64,000 nucleotides of DNA, taken from Trichonephila clavipes (lineage: Eukaryota). Both the position numbers and the translations under genes were made by a program. The stretch lies in the NCBI GenBank assembly GCA_019973935.1, contig BMAU01016994.1:880762-944761 (forward strand), in the 5' to 3' direction. The notes below the pieces were generated by a model. The model saw nothing but the letters and a program-made list of their open reading frames with translations, was not told the DNA's origin and ran no database searches. Shown piece by piece: positions 49,290 to 62,453 of the stretch; position 1 is the first letter of the stretch; every line of letters starts with the position of its first letter.

Positions 49290-52200
49290 CCTATGCGTTC
49301 CCTTTGGCCCACGCTTCACTGTAGACGGGTGACGGGAGTGAGCCCGCTCCTGCCAATCGGCTTGTGGTACCTCTCTTCAGTGTCCCCGAAGAGACACTGC
49401 TGTAGGGTTAGTGCTGCAGATAAGGGGTGTCAGGTTTACCCGTTGGGCCCCGTTTACATGGACGAAAAATGCCGGCAAAATACCGGGACGAATCCGCTTT
49501 GTACCCGTTTACACGGCGACCCGGCAAAATCCCGGGTCGAAATGCATCTTTCTTGGGACATTTTTCATACCCTCTTTCGACTAGGAACTTTGGGGTAAAA
49601 AGGAGAGTGTTTTCTAATTCTCCCATGATGCATTGCGCCAGAGATTCGTTTATTCAAGATGGCTGCTGTTTTGGATTGCTCGCGTTAGACAACAGAATAA
49701 ATAATAACCCTCATAAACATCTGGGGAGACCAAAACGAATTGGATACAACTGTCCGGGATTCGGAAGTTTACACAAGTGCCCATTTTCAATAAAAATTAT
49801 ATTCCATTCAGGTACAGGGAAGGATGTACATAAATTTATATTTAGTATGTTCTGAATGTATGTTTCAATATTTTAATAAGATGATACATATATTTTAATA
49901 CAGTTTTTGAGATTGATTTAAAAATATTACAATATAATTCTTTTGAATGTACACAAAAATTGCATTTTTTTGTTATTTTTCTTGATTTATCTAATTGAGT
50001 ATTTCCATATAAGAAGTAAAAAATTAGTAATATCTTGTAACTAAATAACTCCATAAAGGTGTATTGAATTTTTTTACTGTGAAAGTTGATATAACCAATA
50101 GAATGTGTGTGATCAGTTTTATATTAACATCCCCTTAAATTCATGTGGATAAGAACTTAAAAAGAAAATCTTCAGTTATGATCCACTTTCACTTAACCAT
50201 TTAATTTTTGTTATTAAAGCAAACCATGATTTACTCTACCAAAAGAGATTTCTTTATACACATATACATACAAAATTATTTTATAAAAGTAGGCTAAGTA
50301 CTACTTTTTTCTCCTCGAAGGATTAAATAATCCCACAATTATAAAACATACTATGAACAAGTTCTTATGAAAACATTGCACATCGAAGAAAATACACACT
50401 TTTTACAAACAAAAATAGTAATTTAGCTTTTTAATTAAAGTTGGTTAATATGAAAGTTTTTGTTTAACAACTAGGAATTCTGAGATGGAAATAAAATTGC
50501 TTTTAACATCATTGAAATGTTTTGGGTATCTGAAATAATCTTATAAAAAAACTAACATTTGATATGCTTTATACAGACTTCCTTCGTAATTATTACCCTT
50601 CAGAAGGTTTGAATTTTTTTTTTAAAAATGTCTGTCTCAACATTCTGAAATAAATTAATTGGATGTTTTTGAATAAATTAAGAAACATGTTTAAAGAAAT
50701 AGGCTTTTAATAAAATTATAAAGTAGAACAAATTAAATTGTTTTCGTGAAAATTTCTCATATACAGTTTTATTTAATAATCATACTCATTTTAATATACA
50801 TCATTTATCGACACTTAATTTTAACATTACATGAATGCACTATAAGTAAATAAAGCATTCCATGATCTGCTATATAAATCAGACTCTGGAAGAGTAACAT
50901 TAAACTATAAGGACAAATCGAGGATCTATCTGCCAATATTCAACATGCATAATATCTTTTACTATTATTATATCTCAATTTTTATCTTATTGATGATAAC
51001 ATCTAATAAAATTCTCTGAAAATCTTATGAATGGCTTTTTGCAATTTATTTACAACAAAAGTATTAATTTTTAAAAATATTTAGAAAAGAGTATTAAATG
51101 TCATTAACCCAAACAAATAAAATGAAACAAAAAAATTAAAGAACATTATCTCCTAAATCAAAGATTTCATAGATAAAAAAGGTCAAATTATGTAGAATTT
51201 CTAAAATGTTCACTTTAGGTTTATGACATAAAAACTTAAATTTTTAAACACATAGTGATTAGGCAATTAATAGTAAACAAAAAATTATAAAAACATTTTT
51301 TTCTTCAAAGTTTCTGCAAATTTTATTTACTCTAATTTCAATACTATCAAAACTATTTTAATCAAATTAATTTTTTTTTTCATTTTTGGATACAATAAAT
51401 TTACAAAAGTAAGATTTGAAATAGTCTTCCCTTGTTTTCAAAGAAATTAATGGCAAAAACTAGTCTTTTAGTCAGCCAACTGTGTGAAATATACCAGAAA
51501 CTAGAAAGCAAAAACCTATAACATTTGTATATAGGTAAGCTACACATAGTATTTTTGAGAAATTGTATACGGTATGGGTCTAGATTAAATGAAATATCAC
51601 AAGAATTTTGAAATTTCAGATCTTACAAACTGGCAGAATTATAAAATCCACTTCTATACAGTCAACTTTCAGAATTTACATAGAACAAATTAGAATACTG
51701 AAATCATGCAACTTATAGAAAGAAGTTGAATAAAAGAAACAAATACATGACATGTTATTTCGTTATCACTGATATGCAACTGAAGTATCATTTTATATAT
51801 TACATTAATACTTTAAAAAATGGAAGATGAAACGACATCAGAAAAAAAAAAAAATTCTGAATTCTCAATCTGAAATTTAATGTTTGAAAATTAATAACAA
51901 TCATTATTAATTCGATAAGTTACCAAAGTTTATCATTAATAAATTAATCACAATGTGTACTAATTGTAAGCAAGATTCTTTTACCAGGGCATTCCTAAAT
52001 TTGATGAAACTTCTCAGTTACCCAAATTACATATGAGCAAAATATTAAATTACTTCAAAGTTTCTCTAAGAAATGCTAAATCAGTACTAGTACCATTCCA
52101 CAAATTTTGGAACATGCATTAAACAGCCGACTAATTTCGCCAAGCAAAAAGACATAACAAATTTTAAAAAAAAACAATTACATCACTATTATTGTTACTG

Positions 52201-54060
52201 TGTGCAAACGTGATCAGGGACAGTTTCTACTATTGGCTGTATATCGCAGCATTTGGCGGTTTTTTATTTTAAGAAATTTGTCGATATTATATATATACAA
52301 TACAAACACCCCAAATTTGTCCCGTAAGCATATGTTACACAAAAATATCAGTGATTTTGGATGATGAAACACTTATTTTTGAAAACATTTCTTTGAAATT
52401 ACCTTTTTTTACTGAATTCTTCATGAATATAAATTATTGTAAACAACAATGTCAAGTTATTCATTTAAGGTAAATAGAGAGTTGAAAAAGGTTGTATTAA
52501 AATTCTGAATATTTCCATTGCTTTCAGAAAGTAAACATCCTACAGAAAATGTCTATATGTAAAGTCGTATTTGGTTTCATGATCCTAATTTCCCATAAAT
52601 ATCATAGAACTGATTTAAGTACACTTCTTGGGTCAATATTTGTAACTAACTCAATGCGACAAATTTATTTAGGTCTTAAATTTATTAGCAGGATAATATC
52701 AATATATATTAGCATTTAGACTTTAATACTTATGTAAAAAAATCCAGAGTATTCTTATGCTTAATACATTTCAGCTGGGGTTGCAGATTTTTTTAACACA
52801 CAATGTTGATATTTCAATAACAAGTGTAAAAGTCTTTATATGAAATTTATCAAAATTATTGAATTTTACATTTTAATTGTGCAAGTACCAATAAATGCAT
52901 ATTTGTTATCCATAGTAAAAAAAAAAGGTACATCTGTGTGAGAAAAATTTGTATCAGTCAAATTCTGGAAAACAAATATGTTAAGAAATCCTCACATAAT
53001 AAATAGATACCACACAAATATTTAATAATAATTTTTTTTTAACTAAAAGAATTATGGATTTAACAATGACTTTTATTTTGATCATGTACAAGAGAGAACA
53101 GGAATTTAATATTCAATGTATGCACACAATTTTATATTCGATAATACACACATTTTAATGCCTTAATTTTTACCACACTCAGAATGTAATTCTCGATAAA
53201 TTATATCTTTTACTAAAATAGTACTGCGAATACAGACTTTCAAAATGTTACATGATTTTTTTATATATAATTTTACAAATGGTAATTTTCATTTCTAATG
53301 TTTGAAAGTGGTATAAATTATATATATATATATATACTTGTTTTAATATGACAGGTATGATAACATATCAGATTTTTGTGTTCTTACTTTAAATAATTAA
53401 ATACAGAAATATCTCTTTTAACTACTCTAAAGATGTGTAAAACAAATAAAAAAAATTTAAGCTAACCTAATATATTTTATCTTTTTATGTATGTTCTCTA
53501 TATAATTTAATTTAAAATAAATTGGTGGCGACGGTTTCTAAATGGTTGGTATTGAAAACAAATGTCGTTCTTATCCATTTTTACTAAACACTCGAATTTT
53601 TACCGGGATATTAAAGAGATTTTTTCCGACAGTCTCGACTTCTTTTACTATAATTGAGCAACCACGTATAGTCAAATACGAAATTTTAGTGGATATAGTT
53701 TAAATGTGCAAGAGCATAGAAATGTTTGGCGGTAAAAAACGAAAACATAATCACATGTCCTCTTCATGATTATCGCGCTAAAAATTCTAGTTGTTTCCAT
53801 GGTTACATTTTACAATCACGTGAATCTATCAACCAATCACCAGATTCTTATGAAAACGCACCCGATTCTCATGTAAACGGGTCGAAAAAATACCGGTATA
53901 ATCCCGGCTTTCATCCGCATTTCGGAATTGCCGGTATTATGCCGGGTTCCGTAAACGGGGCCTAAACGGGTCGAAAAAATACCGGTATAATCCCGGCTTT
54001 CATCCGCATTTCGGAATTGCCGGTATTATGCCGGGTTTTAAACAAGGGGCCTCTAATGCG
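49290..54060. mobile_element. Candidate 4.7-kb nonautonomous element or foldback bounded by inverted GC-rich subterminal repeats
   Basis: 49430-49560 (…cccgttgggccccgtttacatggacg…ccggcaaaataccggg…) is an inverted partial match to 53870-54050 (…ccggtattatgccggg…gtaaacggggcctaaacggg…). The interior 49860-53700 is very AT-rich with no ORFs. Confidence 0.3.
53874..54050. repeat. 89-bp tandem duplication (2.1 units) within the right subterminal region
   Basis: aaacgggtcgaaaaaataccggtataatcccggctttcatccgcatttcggaattgccggtattatgccgggtt repeated at 53874 and 53963. Confidence 0.6.
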
Positions 54061-55324
54061 TTTCAGAAAAAGGAGCTAATTTTTATTAACATGGACTGCT
54101 TAAACTTTGTTTTAAACTAGAATTTTTCATTAGTCTTTTTTTTAATGCTTTTATTCTTAGATCTTGTCTGACTTGTTTGCTTTTATTACTTGAAAACGAG
54201 CTTTGTACGTGAGTTGAAATTTTAACTTTTTAAAAACTGTTGTCAATATTTACATTTCAATATCACATTTTATCAAATGTTTTAATATTTGAACAAATGT
54301 TTGGCGCAGTATAACGAGATTTGTCTCTTGTGCCATAAAACCTCACATTCACTCACTCACTCAGCTTCGATTGATTAATTTTCAAACGCATGTGTTGAGT
54401 CAGTAAGGAAACATTAATTTTAATAATTATTTTTTAAATGTGAATTTTTTTTCGATATTTATAATTTACAAACTCTTTAATTGTAGCATTTTCTCTATGT
54501 CGATAACAATTTTTGCTTTTAGTGTTAAAAGTGATAAATTTCATTAAAAAAAAAATTACAACTTTTAAATTAGTGAAAGATTTTTCCTCTGTGTATATGA
54601 TGAAGTTGAAAATAAAAAATCAAGGCGTAACAGTATCTGCAAAATAAAGATAATGTGACAAATTTATTTATTATAAACTAAGTAAATTCTTTTATATTCG
54701 AATTTGCAGTAATTTCTTTCTTCAGAATAATCATTTATTCCTTCGAAATACTTTCTGCAGATTTCGTTACTAACTACATTTGTAATTTATTTATCAAAAC
54801 AACTGGATAACTTCATTAGAGTACAAAGGCAGATTTTAAAATTTCAGTCTGCCTCACCAAACTATACTAATTTTGAAGGGAGCATGGATGAAAATATATG
54901 GGATACACTATTTACTCTTTTAAACCTTTTCCGTTTTATTATTAGTTAATAAACATACATTTAAAATTTTGAATACAATACAAACACTTAAAAATCTAAA
55001 AGTTTACGAGTCGAAAGTTGAAGGGGAAAACTGTACTTTCCTCATTTTATATAGTTATTGAAATTATTTAAAAAATTTTTGTTTTAAAATTTTGATGTAT
55101 TCCTGGGAATGGAAAAAACCGGAAAATCAGAAACCCTAGTTCAGACCCTTTCCATAGACCAACAAATTATTAATTTTTAGCACAGATATTATGTCTCGGG
55201 GTTTTCATGTCAACTTTTAAAAAAATATTTAATCCCCCTCTTTCAAAGAAGTATTCTGTAAATGCCACTGATTACATGTATTAGAGAACCAAGACTAATC
55301 GTGAATTTTCTCGAAGTTAAATAT

Positions 55325-55440
55325 CGTTGAACCGTCCCGAAAGGGGGAGTACAAACTCGCGTGTCATCCTCGTCACCTGACCATGGTTCCAAATTACGAG
55401 GTCCGTTGCTAACAACCCCGTCAATGTTGCTTAATAATGG
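55325..55440 (+). mobile_element. Divergent SINE fragment sharing the family A central domain
   Basis: gtgtcatcctcgtcacctgaccatggttccaaattacgaggtccgttgctaacaacccc versus family A gtgtcatccacgtcacttgaccatggttcaaaattacgtggtccgtcgccaaaagccc. Tail (ACTC)-like actcactcatg. Confidence 0.5.
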
Positions 55441-57249
55441 TACGTCAACAAATACTCACTCATGCGGCTTGAACAGGAATATAAATTGGGGCTATAATGA
55501 TGATTATAGTCGCTTCTACATCGTTATGAATTAGGGTCTGTATGCGGTAGTAAGAAATTTATTTTTTGCCAAGATTTGCAGTGTCGCTATCGCGTATGAC
55601 AGTAATATTTGTCCGATGGGGTGTTTGTCTATTGTGACGGCGTGACAGGGTAGTGATTACAGTCACACAGCTAATCATTAAAAATCGTTTTATTTCTCGT
55701 ATAAGTAAATATCTAAATTTAAGTTATAACATTACAATCAAGGTCTCAATCATTCCATTTCTTGCAGGGAAGAAGACAATAAAGTCCCATGTCAAAGTAT
55801 TGTCAGGGCTACCAAGTCGTTTTGTGCTTTCTCCTCTTCTCCCCATTCAGTTTTTGGGCATCGCAATCCAGAATTGGATTACATCGTATATTTGTACTAC
55901 GGGCGCTCGCCTCGCATTTTTTTTGTCTACCAAGATCAGGAAACGATAACAGCCTAATCAGTTTTCTTTTTCCTTTCTTCCTAATCGACCCTTTTAAACT
56001 TCAGGGGTTGGCCAACTACACGCCTCTCACAAATTTTACATGCAGCTCCCGCACTTCATTTGCACACCACTGGTGCGAACCGGACAATGGCCCGGTTCCT
56101 CCTGATCTCTCTAGCGACTAAGGCTTCTCCAATATCTGGGGCCTTAATTCGTCTCAGCAGTACTTTTCCGCCGAGGGATACTTCTGCGCCACTCCTTGGC
56201 AGCAGAACTTTCTATTCAAATTGGCTCCGTCAAGGGGGCACACAAAAAGCCTGTGTCTCGTCTGTTTATGGAAGAACAGGAGGCGGTAAATCATGAAGCA
56301 AATAAAAGAGTAATGACTACAAAGCCATTCTCCCAAACAGTTTGCATGTGTTATGCCTCCTGCATAAAAGGCGAACCACCAGTTCCTTTCATAGAGACAC
56401 AATATACCGGGCAGGCAGATAAGCTATCTCTCCCCCAATCTACTTTTCCTGATTCGGGCTGTTTAAATTTAGCATTCAGTTTTCTTCTAGATCAGTTTCT
56501 TTGTTGATAGATCGCTTGAATGCTCCCTTTCATGTCCCATTTCGCTTTTCTCGTTAGTCAGTCGGATCATCACAATTCTTCCTTGTTTCCCAAGAAAGGT
56601 AAGTCTCGCAAATACACTTCAGGGAGGGAATAACCAAATCTTCCATCTTTTCGCCAGAATCCGAATTTTGATGAGAGACCATTACTCCTAGATCACTTAG
56701 TTTAATATCTGACTGCATTATATATCTTGAGAGTTAGTAAAAGGATTAAATCATTATATGGTAAAAAAAAAATTATTATTTTAACAAAAGTGAGTCAAAA
56801 CTTTAGACATTGGATAAATTTGCGAGTTTATATATTTAAATGCTTGCATATTGCTATAATATATATGTATCAACATATAAGAATATATATATGGGTAAAG
56901 AAATACTGAAAAAAATTCTAAACACAAATTTCATATTCGAGAAAATAAGAATATATATATATGCGGTCTGTTTTGAATTTCTTTCACTACGTTTTTTTAA
57001 GTAAATGAATGATTAATGCATATAATTTTACATTTAAGTACACTCATGTCCATAAATTAAGGATAATTTAGAATCACGCGGAAATCGAACTCTAAAATAT
57101 ATCACCTTTAAAATGACTACTCACATCATCAAGAATCATATACAAATTGCAAGAAGCCACCAGACGACACCGATAGTACGTCACAATGACGAGAGTGTAA
57201 GAGGGGTACATATAAGTAATACAGGCAAAGAAGTAAAATTGTTTGTGCA

Positions 57250-58560
57250 AGTACTTTATAAGCCTTTCAGTGCTATAACCGTATAGTTATGACACACATT
57301 TAGATGATTTTTTACGTGGTAGAATTATCGGCCGTCCGGAATGTGAGCGTACCCAGCTGGAAGTATCTGAGGAATTTGGAATCGCCCAGAGTGTCATCTC
57401 CAGGCTTTTGCAACGATTCCAAGGGCATGGTAATGGGAGTAGACGTTACAGCACAGATCGCATCCGAGTTACAATGCCGAATGAGGACCGGTATATTTGG
57501 CAGTTACTACCAAAAGAAACAGACGAGAACAGCATCAGGCCTGTCTCGTCAGCTCTCTTCAGATGCTGGTGTGACAATTTCAAGACAGACCGTTGATTGA
57601 TTGATTGATTGAATATTAACGTCGCACTGTTCAGCTACACGAGGGCTTTTGGCGACGGACCACGTAATTTTGAACCATGGTCAAGTGACGTGGACGACAC
57701 CTGAGCTGGCACCCCCCTCTCCTAACTACCACACCACACCAACGGGAGGACGTTTCAGCTCTCGACAGATTTAACGTGCATCTCTGCCCTACACGGCGGG
57801 TCTTTAGTGGTACTGGGCTCAAGACAGACCGTGAACAGATGCTTAAGGCAGATTGGTCTATATGCTCACAGATCTGTCAGATGTGTTCCACTTACTGCAA
57901 CTCACTTTCGCCTACGGTTAGCCTAGAGTAGAGTACATGCATTTTGTGGACACCACAGCAGTGGGCTTATATGTTTTTCGACGAGTCCAGGTTTAGCTGG
58001 CAGTCTGGTTATCGCCGGACTTTCATATGGATAGCACCAGGTACCCGTTACCACCAAGAGAACATCATTGATAGACTCGTCCCGGTCATGCAGTATTGCT
58101 CATTTGGGGGAGGGGTGACTATTTTGAGTTTTAGAACTGACCTGCATGTTCAGAGTGTAACGATGACAGGCCAAATCTATCGGTACGTCATTCTGGAACA
58201 ACATGTACGGCTGTTTCGGGGTGCCATGGGTGCAAAATTTGTGTTTAGGCAACGCCCACCCACCCCGTGTAGAAATCGTTAATGAATGCCTTCAATCGGA
58301 GGATATCACCCGTATGGAATGGCCAGCATTCTCACCGGACGTGAATCCAGTAGAGTACGTGTGGGATATATTTGGCCGACGAGCTGCGACCACCACTTAC
58401 ATGCCTACCAGAGCTTCAGAGAGTATTGTTTGATGAATGGTGTAATATATATTCCCCAAGATCTGATCCATAATTTGATACTCGGCCTGCCTAGGTGTTG
58501 TACGAATTGTATTGCATTGTCTGGCAAACATGCTATGTATTAATCATCATACCAAGCATG
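57250..58560 (+). mobile_element. Tc1-like DNA transposon remnant (transposase pseudogene) carrying a nested SINE
   Basis: LRGRIIGRPECERTQLEVSEEFGIAQSVISRLLQRFQGHGNG...GVTISRQTV|NRCLRQIGLYAHRSVRCVPLTATHFRLRL, then WAYMFFDESRFSWQSGYRRTFIW, GGGVTILSF, TGQIYRYVILEQHV, and LQSEDITRMEWPAFSPDVNPVEYVWDIFGRR (DD34E pattern). Stops and frameshifts present. The 5' end begins cagtgctataaccg. Confidence 0.75.
57594..57819 (-). mobile_element. 5'-truncated family A SINE inserted into the Tc1 transposase ORF
   Basis: Body plus a (TTGA)n tail (gattgattgattgattgaatattaacgtcgcactg...) lacking the tRNA head. Perfect 13-bp target-site duplication caagacagaccgt at 57581-57593 and 57820-57832. The Tc1 reading frame resumes exactly across the duplication. 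Confidence 0.8.
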
Positions 58561-61500
58561 TAATATTGGTTTTTGTAAATAGGGTTTTTTGTAATTTGCA
58601 CCAGAGAGCAAAAATCGCAATTTTTATTAATGATATCAAACATATAGCATCTTATCTGCTCTTTACCTTTTGTTTAATAAAAAGGCTTTACAAATTAGTC
58701 ACATTTGTTTTGCTTCTGACTTATTCTTTGCCTGAATGTGCATTATTCTTAATTTATGGACCTGGTTCGTGTAATCTTTCAAACAAATAAAGACATTTTT
58801 CTTTTCATTAAATAAAATAAGAGCTTAAAATTTGTTCTTGTCATTTGCCAATAATTAAGATTAAATCTGCACACACACACAAAAAAAAAATTACAAAATT
58901 TAGAATAAATTTATCAATGTACATGTTTATCGAATCCCAAATATAACAAAACAAAGCTAATCATCAAGTTGCGTGCGGTGTGACAATTGATTACACTGTT
59001 GCCGGTTTCTTGATGCAATCGCTTGGTAAGTTGTTAGTACTGATAGATTGTAATTTCTTTAGATAAAAAAGCCCGATTCACACCTACTTTTATCCTGGAG
59101 TTGGACGACATCAATTGGCCACAACTCCTTACATCTTTTGGTAAAAAGAAAATTGCATATGGTTGCATTTTTTGCGCATTTAACTTTTTTCTTTCTTTCT
59201 AATCCGACTATCATTTGAATAGTTTTTTTTCTTCTTCTTATTTTCTTTGTGCAAATGACAAATATATATTTTTAAAAAACATATTGACTAAAAATATAGG
59301 TACATAATTTGAAGCATTTACAACAGAAATATTTATATTTCTCTTCATTAAATAGGTAGGTAAGTAATAGTGAAGTGTTCAGTTGTGTGTGTGAAAATGA
59401 GTTGAATGGGAACAATCTCAGTTTATTTTTTTCGATTTTAAATTTATTCCATTATAGTTAAGTTGTGTTGATGTCTTACATGCAGTATTTTTAAATGATA
59501 TTGAACTCAAAATGTGCTGTACCATAAATTTTGAATATTTCAGAGTAGAACTTTAATCATACAACTAGCCTGTATTATCCCATTTTTGCTCTTTGTTCTT
59601 TCATGGAGATCAGCAGCTATTAAATTGGTGCAGTGTATCTGATAACAGCATGTCTTATATTGCAAACCCATTGACACCTTTTTCTTTAAATTTTGCAATC
59701 CACTCATTGATATTCTGTAAATATTTCATGTAACTATGTAAAAATTTAATATGATAGAATTAAGTATTTGTATCCCATTCTCAAAAGTGTTCCTGTACTA
59801 AGTATCTAATGCTGGTCTTTCTTTTGAATTTGTGAATTATGTCAGAACTGAAACAATAAAAAGCTTTTCTTATTGTTTTAGCTTATAAACTAAAAGAAAT
59901 ATACTAAAGAATATAATCATTTATGAATCTTATGAAACTTTAATAGTGTATTTGAATTATGATATATAACTTGTGGAACTATATTTTAGTGGTCTGTAAA
60001 TTATGATTATACTTTATTATTCATAAATCTGTTCAGTAAGTCATATATGATGTAGAAAATATCAATTTGTATGAATTAAAATTATATATCTCTAAAAGGA
60101 ATTATATGGTTACATTCTTATAAGTGTCAATTATGAATTTCTCATTCTAGAAAATTTCTGAAGTAAAAAAAATAAAACTTCTGTTTTGTCGATATTTCAT
60201 ACACCACAATGTTGTGTTTTATGAAAAAAAATTAACATAAACTTTTTGATTTTTTCCCGTTTTGCTAGTGCAGACAATGAAATTGTCAAAAATGGTACAA
60301 CCGACTCCAAATGGAATATTCCTACCGATAACATTTTATCTCCACATTTCAAGTGAAAAACCCATATGAAAAAATGTTACATGATATTAAAATGTTTATG
60401 CCTCCTAATGTGAAAAATTCTTAAACTAACATTTAACATTCTTTCATGTATATGCTGCATGTTCTCACCAATAAAGTCTGCTTCAAGAAATTCGGGCTGT
60501 TAAAATGGAAAGGTACCAACTTTTTTTTGTTTTTTTACATTCATGATGTAAAGAAAAAAAATTGATTCGGAGTAAGTTATTCACAGGCACTGTAATTTTT
60601 TTTCTGAAAATAGTATTTTGTATTCTTTTACATAAAACGTTGTGCATTAATGTCAGATCTAGAATAATCATAAATTGATCGTACTTATTATCTTGATTGA
60701 TAAACAATTTTCTTCCTTCTATTGTGGTTTTATCAAAGGTGGATAATTCTTGGAACTGATAATTACTGTCTTTATTATAAAGATCTAATTTTTTTGAAGT
60801 TCATTTTTATCCCATCATCTACTTGTCAAATACCTTTTTTCTCTTTATTTAAGGGTATAAAGGGTATATTTTTTTTCTTTTGAGAATTAAGAAAAAATTA
60901 TTTTTTATGATTTGGTGTAAATGTTAACTGAGACTATTTTGGTGATAACACACAAAATATATACAAATAAGTTATTTATTTTGAATAGTTTCAAATTTTG
61001 CTGAAAAAGTACTGTAATAGAACATTGAGAAATGATTGCAGGGGCTCCCAAGCTTCAGAGGCCCCAACATGTGTAAGCAAAATATATTAAGCTATTAAAG
61101 GGGCTTCAAAAAAGGGCCCCCAAGAAATTTTGATACCAGGCCTACTTCAGACTAGCTACGCCATTGCATTCCATACAAAACAGTATTGGTACGATTTTTG
61201 AAGAATGTTCCACTGGAGACTGTACGGGAAGTCTACATCTGCACTTTTGAGATAAAAGATTGCCTAGCATTCATTATATATCAAGGAAATTGAATTGTCA
61301 CATTGGTCATATTTTCCTTTTATTTATCTAAAACAATTAAATTTAAAGGTTATCAATACAGTTGAGTTAACCTTGTAATTCTACATATTTGCTGAAAATA
61401 TCCCTCATCCTATAATGCTTGCAAAGAAACCAATTTTTTTTTCTTGTGATACAAATATTACAAAACTAAAGGAAATGATAAATTTTTGTAGTATTTAGAT

Positions 61501-62292
61501 TCTACTAAGGCTAATAGATTTTATTTCTTTATGTAAAATGTAACTATTGATTCATTAGAATGTCAAAAAAAAAAAAGAGCAATTTGATCTTAATTATACA
61601 TATTTTTATTTTACTTACTTTTAATTTCATGCTTTTGGCTTTGTTACAAATAGTATTTCACTTTATAAGTAAATCTCCAATAAATGAATTTTGAAAGAAA
61701 AGAAAATTAAGAATAGTTTCAATGTTGTTAATATTTACTTTCCTTTTTGAAAGTAGAAAGATATCAATATTTGTCAAATTAATAATTTCTGCTGAATTTT
61801 TATCCAGTTTTTCATGCATGTTTTTTAATGGAAAACATATGTCTTACATGCATGCAGATTTAAAGAATTCATTCATCAAATAAGTTTTAAGATAAATTTT
61901 TTATCACAGTAAGTGATATAAATTCTTAACACAATGAAGATATATTCTGTAGTTTGAATAGAAATGTTTAATTTACCCTTTTAAGGCTTGAATGAAAGAT
62001 AAATTATCATGACATATCTCCTAAGCATATCATCTATTGTTCTGTATTATAATAAAGAAGTGAGATAAATCATAAAAGTTCTTTTTAACAGTCACTTTAT
62101 ATGAGCATGCTAGAAATTAGGTATAATTTTTATTTTTGTTAGGCTCTACTTCAAAAGTTCATCATACTCATTTATTGCTATTACATTGGCTATTTTTAAA
62201 TAAAGTGTGTATACAAGGTTTGAATTTTGTAGTATAATCTTTTGTTTTTTTATAAAGTGCGCTTTTTATTGATCTAGAATTCTTTATTAGGC

Positions 62293-62453
62293 ATGGCACC
62301 TCCAAAGGATTCAAATGCATCTTTCAAAGGGCACTCTGAGGAAAGCATCTTTCGAATTCCACCTTATAAATATATGCATGTTCTGGATCAAACAACAAAT
62401 ATAACTAGAGTTGAAATTGGACCAAAGACTTATATTCGTCAAGAAAATGAACG
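62293..62453 (+). CDS. MVP: First coding exon of major vault protein (MVP)
   Basis: [54 protein letters not shown] matches the conserved MVP N-terminus ([36 protein letters not shown]). GT donor (cg|gtatgg) at 62454; the intron continues beyond the window end. Confidence 0.85.

Noticed and set aside
49427-49855. 142-aa ORF
   Set aside because: It runs through the GC-rich inverted-repeat island. There is no recognisable domain, and the composition is driven by the repeat.
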